NCBI GenBank assembly: GCA_029261035.1
Contig: JAJDCD010000005.1
Span: 27,516 to 91,515, forward strand
Origin: Candidatus Omnitrophota bacterium
GTDB taxonomy: Bacteria; Omnitrophota; Omnitrophia; Omnitrophales; JACROU01
Length of the DNA stretch: 64,000 bases
Direction: 5' to 3'
Position numbers and translations under genes: made by a program. The stretch's first letter is position 1, and each line of letters opens with the position of its first letter. This document shows, in pieces, positions 10,401-18,634 of this stretch. The notes under the pieces are model-generated. The model was given only the letters and a program-made list of their open reading frames with translations, made no database searches and was not told the DNA's origin.

Positions 10401-12032
10401 TATGAAGAAATTTACAAACAAGGTAAAGCACCTCTTTTGAAAGAGCTCATCGATTTACTTGCTTCTCAGGGTTATCCCTTTGGCGTTCTTGAAGGTCAAG
10501 AAGGGAGTATTACTTCTGTCTTAGAGCAGTTTGAGAAATTTTCAGCGCCTCTTCGTTTTTCAATGGCTCAAGGACGAGAAGAAATGATAGCGGGATTAGA
10601 TAGAAGTCAGCAGCAAGAGTTGGATCGTCTTATTGGAGAAATTAGATCGACAGATGTGGTATTAGATCGTTTAGACGCATTGTCTCCAAATGAATTTCCT
10701 ATTAAAACATTTTCTGATCTCAATAATTTTCAAGTTGCTCAAAGAATAGAAGAGTCCGTTTATTCAGATGTATTAAGTCAGGCGGATTTTCAGTTTAATT
10801 TTAACTCTAGACGAGTAGAAGGATTTTTGGAAGGAATTGTTCCGGAGGAAATTATTTTTGATTACTATAATCCAGTTGAGGCAAATGCACTTGGAGAACA
10901 AGTGGATGTGGAGTTAATGCAAAACCAGATTGCTATTGCAACGGATATTGCCTTTATTGTTGCTGGATTATCTCCGCCTAGTGGAAGAGATAAAACAGAC
11001 TATGAGCAGTCTGATTTTTCAGACTTCACTTTGTTTTTAGCAAATCTTAATGATGAAGATAGAGAAAATTTCCTTGTTAATTTAAGAGAAGGCGTGGCGA
11101 CGGCATTTAGTACTCAATTGGATTTGAATAATATAACTCAAATAGCAGAGCAGCTGACATCGGCCTCAGGGCAACGCTCAAACGAAGAGTTGTTAACTCA
11201 ATTGCGTTTGGCTACAGGTTTAGAATTATTAGATCTTTCTGATGTTGCTTTAGAGACGTTGCGTGAAACTTTGATTGCCCCTGTACAAGTACAAGTGGCC
11301 CAATCGCAGTTGGTAAATCAGTTTGATGCTCAATATGTCGATATGACGCGGCGAATAGACTCTCCTCAAGAGTTGGATTTAATTGTAAAGGGCTTAGCAG
11401 ATTATTATAATCAAGTTCTTGAAGGTATTATTTCGAGTAGTCCAAGTATTAAGGAGTCTTTGATTGTTCAGTATGATGGGAAGTCCTTTTTGGCGACTGC
11501 TAAAAATTTAAATAATTTAATTGAGACTCTTGAGTCTGTAGGAGCTAGAGGTAAAGTAATTGTCCATCATGATCCGAATCTGACTCAAGCGATTAATGAT
11601 ATTTTTTCTCAGCTGAGAGAGGCGGGGTATGGAAATTTGCTTTCTAAAATTCAAAAATCACGTTACCCTCTCAACTTAAGAGGATCAGATGTGAATCGAC
11701 ATAGTCGTTTGGCCACACGTTCTGGATTTGGGTCTGTTGCTTATTTTGGCATTGAAAATGGAAGTGTTTTACAAGAGTCTAAAGAAGAGAATAAATTGCA
11801 AGGGGATGTTGAAAAGCTAGATCGTTTTCAACCCTTTGTTTCTCTTTTAAATCGATTTGCTGTGACTTTGGCTCAGGTTCCAAAAGAAAAGCAAGCTGAG
11901 CTTGTTTCGGAGTTTTCTAGTTTGGGAATTGAGATGACTCCTGAAGGTGTTCTTACCATTAATCTTCAATCTCTTATTAATCGTATTACTTCTGAGTATC
12001 AATCTAGGGCTAAGGTTAAGGTTGCTGCGTAA
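4416..12032 (+). CDS. Giant modular exported protein A (2538 aa): signal peptide, QDAH/GGFH domain, two SLG-delimited cargo modules, conserved C-terminal domain ending KVAA
   Basis: Long ORF with RBS and hydrophobic N-terminus. N- and C-terminal domains are clearly homologous to protein C. Boundary motifs ASSLG 6471, AQSLG 8838, ANALG 10881. Confidence 0.9.
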   Translation: MRYEKYHSTQKLFSVHSLGEKVGSSFLIIFFLLSTLFVSPESLLAETVTHQKPSVYSISQVNQIHIPKEFGIVEEVYHSSSPAKNNPMIVYLQDAHCIYEAQSNIRKIIDTLQKKNGLRLIALEGGEGGLDTDLFRSFPVQAVKEKVIDDYVRRGELSGAEYAAIVNEKSSDYWGIEDMVVYYENKNAFLESIDDKKRIDLKLDDLDRWLKKKKDEIYSNPLKDNFKEYEAYEKEYITLLDYLNYLKEQWIQAGKSLTEFASIQTLLEAINREKQMDFTQVQSEAVRLEKVLERRYKSEIRSGSTTSKVSFQDLEARRSLFGEGKSQKDQFYPWIWARVIEEDLVAEDSSNDSYPHFLSYIKHLQELENIKGESLFNELEKMNQGIKDSLFQNEEQRTLDQLFYNLKILRNLSKLELTREELEYYHKNRESLSEKSFWDFMGRELGRLELDDLFKSHERFYEAAIKRDRILYQNLMDLLKEKKQDFAMVVTGGFHTDGIKERLKAKGFSYMVVTPRITQFDEETPYWDVMQGNVSYAKYKKTFTLAPELALQVYNEAIEAAIVDSFVSAIEADLPEVLNSWRDNVLTQDLDREVAAQYTTTIDRLIDRLVLGLEQTQINPELIQGVSETLRLYLQGERDAVVQKVDQLQARILQLQTQKVVSKAAVSAELGSSFPEFALQEGVFQASSLGAIVTISEANLSSFNRLLDFVDAESIRDFLINTISSVDVESQLEMLERLLTRNSGENVKIGIPMTLAVEQMVAVYQLKIGDDLGGKRNRDLVKISKLEMAKNLLKQIKQTKDSGKPLSAEGLELMTGLFNMLQPMFDRTGANLESMTNVLIRRDDSGVAPFLSDNEAVFIIDHIYPISFINKKDPTYLLGDALIAAQKAALIGLKNRYQYEVDVSSKRGVVFGIQQALLEQFHTDYLALVQENLNKTAETNSKLKVILDQNPSLLSDRELFGEGKIRAKYAYKTGAQINELIPTLGLGIQSLQELGNDKASENIANKISKLIVPELEDIVEEVKLSQLKSLNILNQNFYNLGRIPSDVRFNAYNRRGPPRVNDFSGLWSNANLPGIDIVVGELLEQLKKDKVDDKIEPLLPEITDYLIRLLEEALAFTERNPRHHLLFNELFFTSQVRELLQREFNPNALEEMQVALGGNRLPERLNHKTFTKGDEHFTLFRDQSGKVNYLFVDFDNFQVLDLLQRQLNVLPNDDGTFFDLHAQVDLALEALIASKEEITSQDLQEMLDRILDQVEVVLDLSDEETQKYLERHNMDPETFEKYGEIYNDKEGVFVSVPVRRVSVDTKTKYEDKRRLTGKIGNIGFSSSLTSELNLSREDSLETLYNKLESILGSGGVAVDMLKGLNRRGENVELNSTEYGQIWGDFFKKEALEKVNKKNILRELNSTELQNMDEEGKGIAVQLILNLKEEVHENRVYVIGELADLALQYGIEFAVVEGFVKMMDGLELEQPDIISAQSLGNAQISELLIQDLVQGNSPEEIRDYLKTEDVEEQIRGIGSLLAGANIRSFQREQPGQFQELFTELDVESRQRVINAAVKIATVKKKLANFLQIQNPNNLNSLIQRFRNLKVDEDPGVIMLRFLSEEGRREEFKSRMTQLQFRNDLRDYVREVVAELPAKVIPINRTQAKPHVENQIPFDLRREDALLFKDMAELLRNQNQTDTAPILRLRGKVRYAGRNLVGAGTTPTERGIRALTEQYGLEAPTSDIQTTTEELLRKMKQRYVHLLGAQVALGIQNSDELTQFLERISQQEIPILTGIEGFDLLEELIDDQKLKEIAPGVSHSFLVNQRGKRSLAVLRPNEIMFFKQFTSVKERVEAQLMGKRLEREISLSKLYPQSGVTERILDLAQKNREGERILGLVKHFKRRYPSQNERDRWLTAASELGVNRVYKREVSKRSRDVEQARKRLNEISSKIARRKNSIFSRFFNIEALESQREQLRRTYQAALEEKSSFKEKWSLNPETGKYQLAPSSNISFSYEEIYKQGKAPLLKELIDLLASQGYPFGVLEGQEGSITSVLEQFEKFSAPLRFSMAQGREEMIAGLDRSQQQELDRLIGEIRSTDVVLDRLDALSPNEFPIKTFSDLNNFQVAQRIEESVYSDVLSQADFQFNFNSRRVEGFLEGIVPEEIIFDYYNPVEANALGEQVDVELMQNQIAIATDIAFIVAGLSPPSGRDKTDYEQSDFSDFTLFLANLNDEDRENFLVNLREGVATAFSTQLDLNNITQIAEQLTSASGQRSNEELLTQLRLATGLELLDLSDVALETLRETLIAPVQVQVAQSQLVNQFDAQYVDMTRRIDSPQELDLIVKGLADYYNQVLEGIISSSPSIKESLIVQYDGKSFLATAKNLNNLIETLESVGARGKVIVHHDPNLTQAINDIFSQLREAGYGNLLSKIQKSRYPLNLRGSDVNRHSRLATRSGFGSVAYFGIENGSVLQESKEENKLQGDVEKLDRFQPFVSLLNRFAVTLAQVPKEKQAELVSEFSSLGIEMTPEGVLTINLQSLINRITSEYQSRAKVKVAA

Positions 12033-12105
12033 GTAAGCAGAGATGTGGTGTGTCGGGAACATTCCAGTTTCTTAAAGTTATAAATGTTGGGGGGTGTGCT
12101 GGGGG

Positions 12106-12221
12106 TGAAACAAGATCGGTATCGAGCCTATCTTGTTTCTTGGGTTTATTGTGTTTCGTTATTGTGTAAATAACGAAACGCTTATTTGTTATTGGATATA
12201 TATAGATGCAGGGATAAAGGC
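12106..12221 (+). repeat. Dispersed ~115-bp double-hairpin element, copy 1
   Basis: Hairpins at 12107-12139 and 12153-12179; closely similar copy at 60381-60500. Confidence 0.8.
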
Positions 12222-12430
12222 TTTGTATGGGGGTGAAATTTGGGGAGAGGATTTATTTTTTTTGCTTTAGAATAGCGTAACCCTTTTATTTTAAATAAGG
12301 TATGAGTTTTTAGAGGGGTGTTTTTATGGGGGATTGTATGGTGGAAACATTTGCTTTTTGGGGGGTTATAGGTTAACTTTGTACCTCGTGTTTAAAGGAC
12401 CCAAATCCATAAGAACGAGGTAATTTTTTA

Positions 12431-15400
12431 TTGAAAATCAATATCTTCCAAAAACTCATCCTTAGTAGTCTGGTGCTTCAGCTTGTGTTGAGTCCTTCAC
12501 TCTCATTTTCCCAAAATAGTGTTGAGGTGAGTTCTTTCGTAGATCAGCAAACACAAACAATTCAAAAATATTCTAAAGATCAAGTTCGTCAAAAAACCGT
12601 TATGAACTTATCCTCTGAAGATGCTAAAAATGAAATTACTCAAGAAGCGGCACGGTTATTAAACCAAAAAAGAGTCCCTTTATCTCGAATAACAACCTTA
12701 CTATCAAGAGCTCGTCCAATGAGTGCAGCAAGCTTAGGTGAAAAGGTCCCTCAATATCTTACACGCAGTTTTTTAGTTTCTCCTTCTAAAGAAGCTCTAG
12801 AGAACTCTTCTTATAAAGATCAATTGGTAGTGCGCCTTGGAGATGACGATAAAATTAGTTTTGGAGATAACCTTCCAACGGATATCACAGATCAACGTCG
12901 AAAATTAATGGTAGATGTTAGAAGTATAAAAAATAAACTAGTAACGTATTTTCCTCAACTTAAAGATATTGCTTGGGAGTTCGTATTCTATCCAGATGAG
13001 CCTGTAGTTTTGGTCGAGGGTGATAGTGAGACTACTCTTCGCATCGATTTTGAATTATTGAACTATATTAATTTGTTGGTTGTTGCAATAACGGATTTGA
13101 CTCTGAGTTATGAATTAAGAGGGTACGACAATTCTGCTTTAGTAAAAATATTTAGTGTGTCTCGAGCTGTGAATATATTGATGAATATAGATAAGAAAGA
13201 AATTGATTGGTTGGTTGCGCGAGTTGATGGCAGTCGTAAAAGTGTGTATGGGGAGATTTTGAAGAGTTTCGCGGGTAAAGGAACGAATAGTTGGGTTAAA
13301 GATAATAGCCAGAAGTCGGAACTAATAAGGCGGTTAGTTGAGTTAATCCCTGTTAATAAAGAAGAGTTAAGGGAAGTGCTAACTCAATTAAGGAATGACC
13401 AGTTAGTTGCTATGGCAAAAATGGTATTTACCTTATCTATCGTATTCGAGTCTTGGTCTGAAGAGAGAGATTTGAATTTAACCCGGTTGTTAAAAATAAA
13501 ACCTGTAGGATTGTATAACAAAATTGAGCAAGTGAATGATTATCATGCGGCTTTGAAAATGATAGAACAGTTTGAATCAAAAGTAGAAAATGGGACTTTG
13601 ATGTATGAGGATTTAAAATCTTCGAGTGAAGAGCGTAAAACATTGATGGAAACCGTTTTTATTTTAATGGTGCGAGAACGTAAATTTGATTTATTGATAG
13701 CTGTATTTAATGTATATGTGAATTCAAACATGAACCCCAACTTGCTGTTAACACCCTTATTTAATACTTTGTATGCTTCGCAACGCCACTACGGTGCATG
13801 GATTTCGTCGCGTCAGTTAGCCGAGGCTTTGGCATATGTCGTCCAAAATACGGAGAATGATATTGTAAGTGAATCGATTAAAAAATTTCCTAGTGTTCCT
13901 TGGTTGAAAATGTCAAAAGAAAATAGAATAAGTGTTGGCAAGTGGCTTGAGCACTATTTGAATGGAAGTGAAGACAAGGGTGGCGAGATTTTTCTGAGTA
14001 AGTTTATGCCAGCAGTTTCCCAGGTGGAATTTGATGATGATTTGGTTTTTGCATCGAATCGAGGTGCTTCAGATAAATATGGGAGATTAAGTCTTGAAGA
14101 ATATAGCATGTTGTCAGATTCTGTTCAAAGAAAGAAAAAGTATGTGGCTTTAGCAGAAGTAGAAAAAGAGATCGGTGGAAATCGTGAAAAAATTTTTAAC
14201 CGTACGGGAAAGACTTTTTTAAGGAACCCACCGTTTCCAATTCAATTAGTTGATGATGGTCATCTTAGAACGTTAAAAATTGATTTTGAAATTTTTAATA
14301 ATAGAACAGCTGTTTATAAAGCGAGTTTGGGTGAAATTAGAGATGAGTTTTATTTGCAGAATGCCCCTCAAAGTTTTGCGCTTAAAAAACTTTTTGCTCT
14401 CGTTAATTTTCTTGATGTTTTGGTTGGTGCTTCTGTCGAAGAAAAGAAATTTGTGACACAAAGAGCGATTCAGTCTCAGAGGTACTCGTTAGCGGCTTTT
14501 CTCAGTCATTTTGAGCAAGAAGGGTATGAAAGAGAACCGTGGGGTAATAAAAAGTGGAGAAAGAACATTTTTGAGATTTTAAAAGAGTCATTTCCTGAAT
14601 TGAACGAAAGTATTGAGAGTTTGGAATTGTTGGATTCAGATGTCTTGAGACAACAACTATCTGATCTCGAGAATGAAAGAAAAACGGAGAAGTTGTGGGA
14701 ACATTTAGCAGAGTTACTTTTTGAGGATATATTGCATTCGGGACAGTTTTTTAGGGTGTTTGATGAGATTGTGAGTGGATTGGTTTATTTGAAACAAAGC
14801 AGTCAATCAGATCGTTTGGAGCAGTTTTTGACTTTGCTTTTGCAGACTCATAATGGGAGAGATAAACTCTTTGAAGCAGTGCATAAGACTTTAAAAGAGG
14901 ATGAAAGTCGACCGTCATTAGATGAAAAAGATGTTGCGGAGATCCTTTTAGTTTTAGAGAAGTTACTTAAGAGCAGTTTGGAGAGAGGGGTGAGGTTTAG
15001 AGCTCATCCAGAAACGAAAGTTAAATATGGTCTTACAAAAGAGATCTTCCAAAAAATAAAAAGACATTATGAAGAGGGAAGAACGGTTGTGGAAGCCAGT
15101 AGTTTAGGGAAATCCTATTTTGATCCAGCGACACTGAATGATCGTCATCAAATGTTGGTGATTGATTTAAACTCCTTTTCTCTTACTCCTTATTTTTCGA
15201 AACAATTGATTCGATTTTTAGAAGAGTCTAAAAATAAGCAGATACAATTATTAGTTTCTCGTTTTCCACAAATTGCAGAATTGAAAAAAGAGTTTAAAGC
15301 GCTAGGTATTCAAGATAGAGAGCTAAAGCAAATACAGTTTATTGTTAATCCATTAATTTCTTCAGGGCATATGAGCGAACTGTCTGAATCCCTTGAAAAA

Positions 15401-15775
15401 TGGAAAATGAATTTGAGTTCTGCAAATTCTGGATCAGCTACGGATATTGCTTTTGTTTCAGATTTTGATTTATTAGAGCGTTTACAAGAAAATAGGATTC
15501 ATTCTGTAGCTCTGGACCGTGTTTTTCAGGAACAAAGAAAAGAACTGTTAGATATTTCAAATATTCATGGGGCAGAGAGGCATGCTGCGATAGGGACCTT
15601 ATTTAACCTTTCTTGGCAGCTGTTGAGCCAAGAAACCGTAGATGGCTTGTCTTATCGATTAGAGAGAGACGGAAACACGGGTATCTATGTAGCTCGACTT
15701 GAGTTTTTAAGGGAAGCTATTCAAGATTGGCTTTCTGATTTTCAATCAAAACAACTTATTGAACAAGCTGCGTAG
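12431..15775 (+). CDS. Modular exported protein B (1114 aa): lacks the QDAH/GGFH domain; duplicated cargo domain; C-terminal domain homologous to D, ending EQAA
   Basis: TTG start with GAGG RBS; signal peptide; AASLG 12725 and ASSLG 15095; cargo and C-terminal homology to 30153-34331. Confidence 0.85.
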   Translation: MKINIFQKLILSSLVLQLVLSPSLSFSQNSVEVSSFVDQQTQTIQKYSKDQVRQKTVMNLSSEDAKNEITQEAARLLNQKRVPLSRITTLLSRARPMSAASLGEKVPQYLTRSFLVSPSKEALENSSYKDQLVVRLGDDDKISFGDNLPTDITDQRRKLMVDVRSIKNKLVTYFPQLKDIAWEFVFYPDEPVVLVEGDSETTLRIDFELLNYINLLVVAITDLTLSYELRGYDNSALVKIFSVSRAVNILMNIDKKEIDWLVARVDGSRKSVYGEILKSFAGKGTNSWVKDNSQKSELIRRLVELIPVNKEELREVLTQLRNDQLVAMAKMVFTLSIVFESWSEERDLNLTRLLKIKPVGLYNKIEQVNDYHAALKMIEQFESKVENGTLMYEDLKSSSEERKTLMETVFILMVRERKFDLLIAVFNVYVNSNMNPNLLLTPLFNTLYASQRHYGAWISSRQLAEALAYVVQNTENDIVSESIKKFPSVPWLKMSKENRISVGKWLEHYLNGSEDKGGEIFLSKFMPAVSQVEFDDDLVFASNRGASDKYGRLSLEEYSMLSDSVQRKKKYVALAEVEKEIGGNREKIFNRTGKTFLRNPPFPIQLVDDGHLRTLKIDFEIFNNRTAVYKASLGEIRDEFYLQNAPQSFALKKLFALVNFLDVLVGASVEEKKFVTQRAIQSQRYSLAAFLSHFEQEGYEREPWGNKKWRKNIFEILKESFPELNESIESLELLDSDVLRQQLSDLENERKTEKLWEHLAELLFEDILHSGQFFRVFDEIVSGLVYLKQSSQSDRLEQFLTLLLQTHNGRDKLFEAVHKTLKEDESRPSLDEKDVAEILLVLEKLLKSSLERGVRFRAHPETKVKYGLTKEIFQKIKRHYEEGRTVVEASSLGKSYFDPATLNDRHQMLVIDLNSFSLTPYFSKQLIRFLEESKNKQIQLLVSRFPQIAELKKEFKALGIQDRELKQIQFIVNPLISSGHMSELSESLEKWKMNLSSANSGSATDIAFVSDFDLLERLQENRIHSVALDRVFQEQRKELLDISNIHGAERHAAIGTLFNLSWQLLSQETVDGLSYRLERDGNTGIYVARLEFLREAIQDWLSDFQSKQLIEQAA

Positions 15776-15809
15776 TCGACTTTTTCGATTGTGCGTTATG
15801 GTTGTATTT

Positions 15810-15919
15810 GTCATTGTGAGACTGGGGAAATTGGGTCGTGGCAATCTTAGGAAAATTGTTATTAAATGATTCCTTTGTCTGAGATGGCCTCGGCTATTCC
15901 GCTATAGCCTCTCAATGAC
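15810..15919. repeat. REP-like palindromic element, GTCATTG..GAG...GCAATCT / GAGAT...CAATGAC family (degenerate)
   Basis: Terminal inverted repeat GTCATTG/CAATGAC with internal GCAATCT and GAGATGGC. Confidence 0.55.
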
Positions 15920-16007
15920 GGGTCTTTTAGCTATGAGCTAATGGCTGACAGCTGTAATCTTTTATGTCATAATAAGTACCTAAACTTATATTTTTGGAGG
16001 ATCTATT

Positions 16008-17588
16008 ATGTTTAATAAAGCATTCCTTACTTTTTCTATCGTAGTTGTTTCTTTCTTTTTAAATTCAAGTGGTGTACAAGCTCAAGCAGTAAGTGAGATT
16101 GAAATTATTTTTGATGCATCTCGGAGTATGAATGATGCTCAAGCTGGAACCAGTAAATTGATGGCGGCTAAACAGGCTTTAAGTACTGTGGCGAGTCAAA
16201 TTCAGGCCGGAAGCAATGTGGGACTTCGTGTTTTTGGTAAAACTCCAGTAAGAGGAAATGTGAAAGACTCCTGTGTGGATTCAAAATTAGTTATTCCGAT
16301 TCAGCCATTCCAGAGTATAGCGATGATTAGCCAAGTAAATGCACTTCAAGCACATGGCCAAACGGCAATCGGATACTCGCTGAAATTAGCAGCGAATGAT
16401 TTTACTGCTGGAGCTAAAAAATCCATTATCTTAATCAGTGACGGGGAAGAAAGTTGTGGAATGAATCCCATTGATGTTATTGCGGATTTAAAGGCGCAAG
16501 GAATTGATATTGTGATTCATACCGTAGGGTTTGATGTGAACCCAAAAGCGCGGGCTCAATTGCAGCAAATTTCTGAATTTACAGGTGGAACTTATGCGGA
16601 TGCGAGAAATGCAGGGGAGTTGAAGGCATCCCTGACTCAAGTGGTTCAAAATGCAGATCTTTTATTGAAGCCACAGCGTGGAGAGGGTGAAAATATTTTG
16701 TCAGCATCGAGTGGAACTCGTATTGTGTTTTCGAGTACAGAGGAATTCGCAAAGTTAATTGACGGTAAAGAAGATCAAACAGGGCCCTTGTACAATGCTC
16801 AGGAAGTTGTGTTCTCATTTAAAGATAATAATCCTATTCTTCTAGAGAAGTTTGCAATTCCAGTTTTTAAACAAGGTAGTTACAATGTTGGAACTGTTGA
16901 ACTTTTCGGATCTTATTCTGATCCTGATTCAGGATATTTTCCGGTCGCTTTAATTCAAGTTAAAAACCGTGTATTTTATGAAAATGTATATCAAGAATTT
17001 ACAATAGATCCGCCCAAAGCTCTAAAATATTTAAAAGCTGTTATGGGTTATGGATCTTCAGGTAGCCAAGCTTACTCTTCTGAATGGAAGGCGTATGGGG
17101 AGTTTTTAGAAGAAGATGAATTTAAGAAATATATGAAAGCAGAAGAGAAGAAAGAGAAGAATATTTTAGCTGCTAATAATGGCGGGCAATTGATAGCGGC
17201 AAGTAATGTGAACTTTAAATACCTTATTGACGGCACAGATCGTTCTCATGGACAGTCTGTCTCGATTCAACCAATACAGGAGGGTATTTTCGGATTTAAA
17301 GATGGGAAAACTGCTCTTATTAATAAAATGGCTATACCTATATTGGAATCTTCTGATAAGAATGTAAAGACAGTTGAGATCCTGGTATCTACATCTAGCC
17401 CAACAAGTGGTTATGAAAGTGTCGGTACATTTGAAACGATGAATCTTGTTTTTGCTGGGAACCCATATCAGGAATTTGTATTTGAAAAACCAGTTAAAGC
17501 AAAATATTTAAAAATTGTTGTTAAGGCAACTCATGGATTGTACTACTGCAATTTTCACGAATTACAAGCCTTTGGAACAGTTGAGTAA
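16008..17588 (+). CDS. Secreted VWA-domain protein with two discoidin/F5-8-like repeats
   Basis: Signal peptide; MIDAS motif DASRSM, T (GQTAIG), ISDGEESCG; duplicated unit (ENILSASSGT...LIDG...FKD...YQEF...KYLK). Confidence 0.85.
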   Translation: MFNKAFLTFSIVVVSFFLNSSGVQAQAVSEIEIIFDASRSMNDAQAGTSKLMAAKQALSTVASQIQAGSNVGLRVFGKTPVRGNVKDSCVDSKLVIPIQPFQSIAMISQVNALQAHGQTAIGYSLKLAANDFTAGAKKSIILISDGEESCGMNPIDVIADLKAQGIDIVIHTVGFDVNPKARAQLQQISEFTGGTYADARNAGELKASLTQVVQNADLLLKPQRGEGENILSASSGTRIVFSSTEEFAKLIDGKEDQTGPLYNAQEVVFSFKDNNPILLEKFAIPVFKQGSYNVGTVELFGSYSDPDSGYFPVALIQVKNRVFYENVYQEFTIDPPKALKYLKAVMGYGSSGSQAYSSEWKAYGEFLEEDEFKKYMKAEEKKEKNILAANNGGQLIAASNVNFKYLIDGTDRSHGQSVSIQPIQEGIFGFKDGKTALINKMAIPILESSDKNVKTVEILVSTSSPTSGYESVGTFETMNLVFAGNPYQEFVFEKPVKAKYLKIVVKATHGLYYCNFHELQAFGTVE

Positions 17589-17624
17589 ATAGCTTTAAGC
17601 TGATAGCTTGGACAGGGAAGTTTA

Positions 17625-18392
17625 ATGTTAAAAATATTATCTTGGAATGTGAATGGGATCCGTGCGGGGGAAAGAAAAGGGTTTTTGGATTGGCTTCAGA
17701 AAGAGCAGCCTGATATTCTGGGTGTTCAGGAAACGAAGGCGCATCCAGAACAGTTGAGTCAGGCGTTGTTGAACCCTCCTGGCTATGAAGTTCATTGGCA
17801 TTGGGCTACAACTCGAAAGGGTTATAGTGGTGTTGCGACGTTTACGAAAGTAAAACCTCTTTCTGTGAAGCGTGGTTTTAACATTGAGCGCTTTGATGCT
17901 GAAGGAAGAGTCATTGAGCTCGAGTTTAAAGATTTTAATTTTTTAAACATTTATTTCCCAAATGGAAAAGCTAGAGAAGAACGTCTTCGATATAAGATGG
18001 ATTTTTATAAAGAGACTTTGAAGTATGCTCAAAAACTCCGAAAAAAAGGAAAGAAACTTATAATTTCTGGAGACTACAATACCGCACATAAAGAAATAGA
18101 TTTACACCGTCCCAAAGAAAATTCCAAAGTTTCAGGTTTTCTTCCTGAAGAACGAGAGTGGATGGATCAATATATTGAAAAGGGTTTTCTGGATTCTTTT
18201 CGTCTTTATAATCAAGAGCCTGAACAGTATTCTTGGTGGGATATGCAAACCCGAGCGAGAGACCGGAATGTTGGCTGGAGAATTGATTATAATTTTGTAA
18301 CAGAAGATTTAAAACCTCGATTAAAAGATGCTTTCATTATGCAAGATGTCATGGGAAGTGACCACTGCCCAGTAGGAATCAAATTAGCGTAA
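17625..18392 (+). CDS. xth: Exodeoxyribonuclease III / AP endonuclease
   Basis: SWNVNGIRA, QETKA, GYSGVA, YFPNG, GDYNTAH, GWRIDY and GSDHCP motifs. Confidence 0.95.
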   Translation: MLKILSWNVNGIRAGERKGFLDWLQKEQPDILGVQETKAHPEQLSQALLNPPGYEVHWHWATTRKGYSGVATFTKVKPLSVKRGFNIERFDAEGRVIELEFKDFNFLNIYFPNGKAREERLRYKMDFYKETLKYAQKLRKKGKKLIISGDYNTAHKEIDLHRPKENSKVSGFLPEEREWMDQYIEKGFLDSFRLYNQEPEQYSWWDMQTRARDRNVGWRIDYNFVTEDLKPRLKDAFIMQDVMGSDHCPVGIKLA

Positions 18393-18397
18393 AGCGC

Positions 18398-18437
18398 AAA
18401 AAGGGACTGTCCCCAAAGGGGACTGTCCCTTTTTTTT
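18398..18437 (+). terminator. Intrinsic terminator built from two GGGACTGTCCC units
   Basis: AAAAAGGGACTGTCCCCAAAGGGGACTGTCCCTTTTTTTT directly after the xth stop. Confidence 0.7.
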
Positions 18438-18489
18438 ATTTCTATTACCCACTATCAAAACCCAAGTTTATAAACGAATTTAATTAACG

Positions 18490-18614
18490 TAACCAATTTA
18501 TATATATAGGCTTACAAATAGACCAAACCTCTATTCGCTGTAACATAGAGTATATGCTACACTTTTATTAATGTAAGTTCAGTCGTGTAGGGCTCATATA
18601 GCTAGCTAGGCAGC
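18490..18614 (+). promoter_or_regulatory. Upstream region of giant gene C, same layout as gene A
   Basis: TAAC-N17-CTTA at 18490-18514; TCGCTG-N17-TACACT with TGn at 18535-18563; CTAGCTAGGCAGC at 18602-18614. Confidence 0.55.
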
Positions 18615-18634
18615 GGATATATGAGGAGAAGCTT

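Noticed and set aside
14318-14332. KASLG in B, and other SLG occurrences (A HSLG and FSSLG, C TDSLG, F EQSLG, RadC KASLG, OtsB TSLG)
   Set aside because: They lack Ala/Gly two residues before Ser and lie inside conserved domains or signal regions; treated as background and not counted among the 20.
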